Origin: an uncultured virus (IMG/VR IMGVR_UViG_3300047377_000579)
Lineage: Duplodnaviria > Heunggongvirae > Uroviricota > Caudoviricetes
Length of the DNA: 64,000 bases
Virus record (IMG/VR): IMGVR_UViG_3300047377_000579
Reading direction: 5' to 3' (one strand)
Each line of letters starts with the position of its first letter. Position 1 is the first letter of the stretch. Below are positions 59,603 to 64,000 of this stretch, piece by piece. A model generated the notes under the pieces. It saw nothing but the letters and a program-made list of their open reading frames with translations, did no database searches and was not told the origin of the DNA. A program made the position numbers and the translations under genes.

Positions 59603-60411
59603 CTTGGTCCAACCGGCTCACTGGTCATTTTTTCGAATATTTCTTCAGCATAGTTAATACGTCTTTGTGTGCTTCCTTCTGCAGGTCGCTCATACTTCTT
59701 CTCAAATACAATTGATGCTTCACGTGGTGTATTTGCTTCGCGTAGCTCTGCTAAACCAAGATAGCTATAGCGATGTAATTCATATTTAATATATTCTAGT
59801 TGAGGATACAGTTCTTGGTAATTATATCCTCTTTCATCACAAAATAATTTTAATACGTTTAATCTATAACCTGCGGCTTCTGCAGGATTCCATTGTGCTA
59901 TACCAAAAGATCCTTCTTCAGCATTCTGTGCAAGAGGATTAATATCAGTCTCAACGCCTGATCCAGATTCTGCAAGTAAATTACCTATAATTCCACAGGC
60001 CTGTTGAGGAGTAAATTCCCCACCTTCAGCTGATATAAAGAAATTAAATGCGCGCTCTGTGTTACTTCCGCCAATTAGTGTTAAAGGTTTATCTCTTCTT
60101 TCTTTTATAGACTCAATTTTTGGTATACCTCCAAGTACAAGAGGAAGCTGTGAATCTTTTCCGTCTAAAAAGATTCCATAGACTTGAGTTTGATTTTTAA
60201 TACCAGTTGTTGCACCAATACCTGAAGATTGACCTTCTGTTACTGGTACTACTACTTGAGCCCATGGTAAATCAGATTGTGCAATATCAGTTTTTTCGTC
60301 ACCATGTATACCGAAGATACGAATTTGCACTCTGCCCAATTGTTGAGGATCATCAATAGACATGACCTTACCAATGAACCAGCGATTATTGTCACCGTAA
60401 TAATCAATCAC
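59599..60411 (-). CDS. gp5 N-terminal OB-fold fused to phage tail lysozyme domain
   Basis: WFIG.V...DDP..LGRV.IRIFG.H, DLPWA; then GIIGNL.AESG, GIAQW, F.KKYERP. Confidence 0.85.
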   Translation of the reverse strand: MIDYYGDNNRWFIGKVMSIDDPQQLGRVQIRIFGIHGDEKTDIAQSDLPWAQVVVPVTEGQSSGIGATTGIKNQTQVYGIFLDGKDSQLPLVLGGIPKIESIKERRDKPLTLIGGSNTERAFNFFISAEGGEFTPQQACGIIGNLLAESGSGVETDINPLAQNAEEGSFGIAQWNPAEAAGYRLNVLKLFCDERGYNYQELYPQLEYIKYELHRYSYLGLAELREANTPREASIVFEKKYERPAEGSTQRRINYAEEIFEKMTSEPVGPR

Positions 60412-61739
60412 AAGTTTTCTCCAGTGTAGTCTGCAATTTTAGTACATAATAAATTTAAATCATATTTTTCAATCTTAAACGAATGTCTCGTTGCGTATAC
60501 TATATAATCGCCAGACTTCTTTTTATCTATGCCTAACTCTTTATTTTCAGCATCATCAAATGTATTCGAATCAAAGAATTTTAATCTTAATACAGTTCCT
60601 GTAGTTAAGTTACTACCAGTTATTAAAAATGGTGCACCATTAACACTAATAGATAATGGAGATTTAGCCAAATGCTTTTTAATTGCCTCTCCACATATTT
60701 GCTTATTATAATCAGATTTTTTTATTTCTTCGCCATATGATTTAAAATCACCAAATCCTTCATATAAATTACTTGACGTAATACGAGAAATAACCTTTGA
60801 TCTCTGCTCGTTTAAAGTATTAGATTTGATTTTTGTATTAGTAGGAAAATTATAATTGTCTTGATTTTTTCCTAAATAATTTTTATTCTTCATCATGTCA
60901 AATACATCTTTTTTAACATCAAAATCTACGGGCTCTGGATAGCCATCAGATACATTTAGAAAATTATATCTTGCACCCACATATCCGTCTGATATTAATT
61001 GAAATAAGTTTTCCGTATTTTCTTGTTTATAAGATTCAATTACATGATATTTTGTAACATCTACTGGATTATGTATGCCTGCTTGTGAATAAACAAAGGG
61101 TCTGTCTTTATTATTTGGTTCTCTTTGTAATAAAGTTCCTAAATGATTAAGCTGCAAAAAATTGCTTGTTAAAAGAGAATACACATAATATGGCATACCA
61201 TCTTTATTTGTGGCTCTTTGTTGCATCCACTTTATGGCTGCAATAGGAGTCATATTCGGCACAATAACTTTCATATTACCTTGAAATGTATCAAAGGTAC
61301 CTTGCACATCTTTTTCTAAAAAGCTACTAGCGATGTTACTTATAATCGTTGCAGGAGTTCCTGTATAAGCCTTATTTACATTAATAGCATTTGAAATAAA
61401 TGCATGCTCTTCAACTACATCAAGGACAATTAATTCACTACGGTCATTAGTCTTTATAGCCTTATTTATTTTTACGATACGAAACGTTTTTTCAATAACA
61501 TTTTTAGTAACAGTTTCTAATTTTAGTTCTAATTTTTCTATTCCCATCATATTAATTTGTTGTACAATTGCATGAGTATCAACAAATACAAAATTACCGG
61601 TTAGATACGGTTTATCTAAATGTTCGTATATATCAATGTCAGTTATAGCAGCCGCAAGATCAATTGATGCATCATTACGATCTGTACTTAGTATAGCAGA
61701 AAGTATTGTAAACCCGCGCTGGCTATCAATAGTGCTCAT
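60408..61739 (-). CDS. Baseplate hub protein (gp27-like)
   Basis: IYE.LDKPYLTG, VIVPNM.P, DKKKSG.Y...ATRH; position before gp5. Confidence 0.7.
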   Translation of the reverse strand: MSTIDSQRGFTILSAILSTDRNDASIDLAAAITDIDIYEHLDKPYLTGNFVFVDTHAIVQQINMMGIEKLELKLETVTKNVIEKTFRIVKINKAIKTNDRSELIVLDVVEEHAFISNAINVNKAYTGTPATIISNIASSFLEKDVQGTFDTFQGNMKVIVPNMTPIAAIKWMQQRATNKDGMPYYVYSLLTSNFLQLNHLGTLLQREPNNKDRPFVYSQAGIHNPVDVTKYHVIESYKQENTENLFQLISDGYVGARYNFLNVSDGYPEPVDFDVKKDVFDMMKNKNYLGKNQDNYNFPTNTKIKSNTLNEQRSKVISRITSSNLYEGFGDFKSYGEEIKKSDYNKQICGEAIKKHLAKSPLSISVNGAPFLITGSNLTTGTVLRLKFFDSNTFDDAENKELGIDKKKSGDYIVYATRHSFKIEKYDLNLLCTKIADYTGENL

Positions 61740-62488
61740 TTTTTAAGCGCCTGCTTGTATGATGAAACTAAAGTATTAATAATATTAGGACGAATAACTT
61801 TGATGTTTCTTAATTTATTATTTTCTTCTGTGTACCATTCATAATTAGTTACTTCTGTAACTAACTGACCTGGTCCAATTGCTGGATCAATATCTACAAT
61901 TGTATCAGATAAACTATTTGAGATATAATGATGTGCAGCATTGTATTCTTTTTCACCACTTACAATCACTATAGATTCTGTTACCGCACTAGAGTTAACA
62001 GACGTTACTGCCTCACCAGCTCTAAATGTTCCAACAGTATCCTTTAAAAGTATTTGGCCAAAATCTAAAACTCTATGTACTATGGTACCGGTAGCGCCTG
62101 AAGCAGATCCACTAACTGTTTGGCCTTCCTTAAATTTAGAAGTTATATCTGCGCGTGTAGTAAGAGTAGTATGACTAAATTCATGTTTAATTGTTTCATC
62201 TAATTCTGTTGTAGTCAAAGGCCAACCTTGCAGTCTTAGTTCATCATTAAGTAAATAAAACGTCCAATGATATATTGTAGTTCCATATAATTGAAACGAT
62301 AGCTGATCAGGCCTCATACCCTCCGGAATATATCCTTTTTCATATGTTGATGCATCATCTTTAATATCATCGATAAGACTTACGTATGCCGATAAATCTT
62401 GTGTTAATACAGTTGAGGCCTCGTCACCAAATTTATATAAAACGTCGTTGAATGAATTAAAATATTGCATTCTACAGTCCTTCCTCAA
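61736..62488 (-). CDS. gp53: Baseplate wedge subunit (start probably MQYF at 62470)
   Basis: RPDQLS..LYG...YHW...LLN, WPL, YE...EEN...R.IK motifs. Confidence 0.88.
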   Translation of the reverse strand: MRKDCRMQYFNSFNDVLYKFGDEASTVLTQDLSAYVSLIDDIKDDASTYEKGYIPEGMRPDQLSFQLYGTTIYHWTFYLLNDELRLQGWPLTTTELDETIKHEFSHTTLTTRADITSKFKEGQTVSGSASGATGTIVHRVLDFGQILLKDTVGTFRAGEAVTSVNSSAVTESIVIVSGEKEYNAAHHYISNSLSDTIVDIDPAIGPGQLVTEVTNYEWYTEENNKLRNIKVIRPNIINTLVSSYKQALKK

Positions 62489-63413
62489 TATCCTTTTTAT
62501 TCAGCTGTCTCATTTCAATAAATCGAAGAGTCATATCAACCTCTGAGGGATATCCTTCAGCATGAAACACTCCGCTAGTGGAATTGTATACCGTGTCGAC
62601 AGCCATTAAAAAACAGTCCGGAAATTTTTGAAACTTAACTTCGTTATTTTTGTGTTTTACTTCAATACCAAAAGCGTTAGGGAATTTAAATCCAACGTTA
62701 GCGGCAATCAGTTCCGGATACATCTCTTTTCTAAAATGCTTTACTATATTTTCAATTACAATTGATTCATTACGTGATGTAGGAATCATTTTAAATGTGA
62801 AATTAAACTGTCTAATATTTACATTATTAAAAAGTACACGAGTATTAGGATTTGCCGTAACTTGTGTTATAGCTCTAACTATATTTTTACCAAAGTCTGT
62901 AGGAGTAAAACGAGTTGCTGCAACCGCTGCAGTTTCGCTTCCAATATCGATACCTGTTTTAAAGAGATCAACAATTGACGTTCCAGTTTTTCCGACAGCT
63001 CCTAGAGCGGCCGCTCCAAGAGTTTTTCCACCAGCTACAGCCGCAGAGGTATCTGCTCCAAGCACGCCTAAGTTAATAGTATTACCATAGTCGACAGCGT
63101 CATTAAACTGCATAGAAATTGGAGCAAATAAAGCAATTACTGGTGCGGTTTCACTTTGCGTATAAGTTGGCCCAGCTTGAGCTAATTTTGTTGCTTGTCT
63201 TTCTTTATCTAAGGCGGCCTGAGCCTCGATCTCTGCTTGCAATCCTGGAGCGTCGACATCGGCAACAGCCTGAGGCGCATTCATAATGCTATTAAATTCT
63301 TCTCTGAGACTACTGGCTTCTTTAACAACAAATCGAATTCTTGATTGATATGCTTCTCTATTAGATATCGGATACGATATTGTTTCTTTTGATGAGTGAA
63401 ATCCAGGTTCCAT
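62472..63413 (-). CDS. gp48: Baseplate tail tube cap
   Basis: NPN...LF..V..R.F.F.FKM.P.S..E, FRK.MYP motifs. Confidence 0.8.
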   Translation of the reverse strand: MEPGFHSSKETISYPISNREAYQSRIRFVVKEASSLREEFNSIMNAPQAVADVDAPGLQAEIEAQAALDKERQATKLAQAGPTYTQSETAPVIALFAPISMQFNDAVDYGNTINLGVLGADTSAAVAGGKTLGAAALGAVGKTGTSIVDLFKTGIDIGSETAAVAATRFTPTDFGKNIVRAITQVTANPNTRVLFNNVNIRQFNFTFKMIPTSRNESIVIENIVKHFRKEMYPELIAANVGFKFPNAFGIEVKHKNNEVKFQKFPDCFLMAVDTVYNSTSGVFHAEGYPSEVDMTLRFIEMRQLNKKDIEEGL

Positions 63414-63448
63414 TTTATGTCCTATAGATATAACTAGTTAACTCTTTC

Positions 63449-63456
63449 TATTTATA
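63449..63456 (-). promoter_or_regulatory. T4-type late promoter for the baseplate operon
   Basis: Exact TATAAATA in divergent intergenic region. Confidence 0.8.
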
Positions 63457-63463
63457 TCAAAAT

Positions 63464-63967
63464 ATGGCATATTCAGGCAGATATCAAGTTAAGAATCCTA
63501 AGAAGTATTTAGGAGATCCAAGTGCAGTAGTTTATCGTTCTTTATGGGAACGTGCTGCATTTCAGTGGTGTGATGCAAATCCTGCTGTAAAAGGATGGTC
63601 CTCAGAAGAAGTTGTAATACCATATTACTATGATGTTGATAAAAAATACCATCGTTACTTTGTAGATCTTAAAATTGTAATGAAAGAAAAAACTATATTA
63701 GTAGAAATTAAACCAGACAAAGAAACTAAACCTCCTACTGGTCAGAGAAGAACTAAAAAATATATTAATGAAGGTTTGACTTATGTAAAGAATATGAATA
63801 AGTGGGAAGCAGCAAATGAATATGCAAGAGATAGAGGGTGGGAGTTTCAAATATGGACAGAGCATACTCTACAGGAAATGAAACTATTAACTAAACCTGT
63901 ACCAGGTAAACTAAAACCTCTAAAACCTATGAAGCCGTATCGTAAAAAGTCTAAGAAAAAGATATAA
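63464..63967 (+). CDS. gp4: Head completion nuclease
   Basis: NPKKY.GD, YRSLWE, WSSEE, HRYFVD, VEIKP, KWEAA motifs. Confidence 0.95.
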   Translation: MAYSGRYQVKNPKKYLGDPSAVVYRSLWERAAFQWCDANPAVKGWSSEEVVIPYYYDVDKKYHRYFVDLKIVMKEKTILVEIKPDKETKPPTGQRRTKKYINEGLTYVKNMNKWEAANEYARDRGWEFQIWTEHTLQEMKLLTKPVPGKLKPLKPMKPYRKKSKKKI

Positions 63968-63970
63968 ATA
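63963..63970 (+). promoter_or_regulatory. T4-type late promoter, 5 nt before an ATG at 63976
   Basis: Exact TATAAATA overlapping the gp4 stop; next ORF MASLFQQL runs off the window. Confidence 0.75.
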
Positions 63971-64000
63971 CTCGTATGGCAAGTTTATTTCAGCAGTTAG

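Noticed and set aside
641..63090. Numerous short overlapping or antisense ORFs in the track (e.g. 2927-3523 +, 29731-30279 +, 62650-63090 +)
   Set aside because: They are shadows of well-supported genes, with no recognisable motifs.
1..64000. tRNA, rRNA, introns, inteins, homing endonucleases, integrase or transposase
   Set aside because: Intergenic gaps are short and core genes such as gp17, gp20 and gp23 are uninterrupted; nothing recognisable by eye.

Overview
The window is the virion morphogenesis block of an AT-rich T4-like myovirus resembling marine T4-like phages; the host cannot be determined from the sequence. Nearly all genes are on the minus strand: baseplate (gp48, gp53, hub, a split gp5 locus, gp25, gp6, gp7, gp9-like, gp8), DUF4815-like proteins, about 19 kb of repeat-built fibre/adhesin genes, neck and tail (gp13, gp14, gp15), terminase (gp16, gp17), gp18-gp23 and a partial gp3. 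gp4 lies on the plus strand at the right end. T4 late promoter boxes (TATAAATA) punctuate the block. Two enzyme cassettes interrupt the core. One is an opposite-strand, AT-rich five-gene island (radical SAM, kinase-like, two glycosyltransferase-like, methyltransferase) inside the fibre region. The other is a late-promoter-driven cassette (sulfotransferase, double 2OG-Fe(II) oxygenase, two beta-propeller paralogues) between portal and prohead core genes. The most striking unexplained signal is a D-S-[A/S/D/N/G] motif concentrated in predicted surface-exposed virion proteins, including a capsid loop, and absent from terminase, protease and gp6. Together these suggest a phage-encoded, sequon-directed virion modification (O-glycosylation-like) system; this is an inference. 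All product calls come from motif recognition by eye, not database searches, and all counts are manual.
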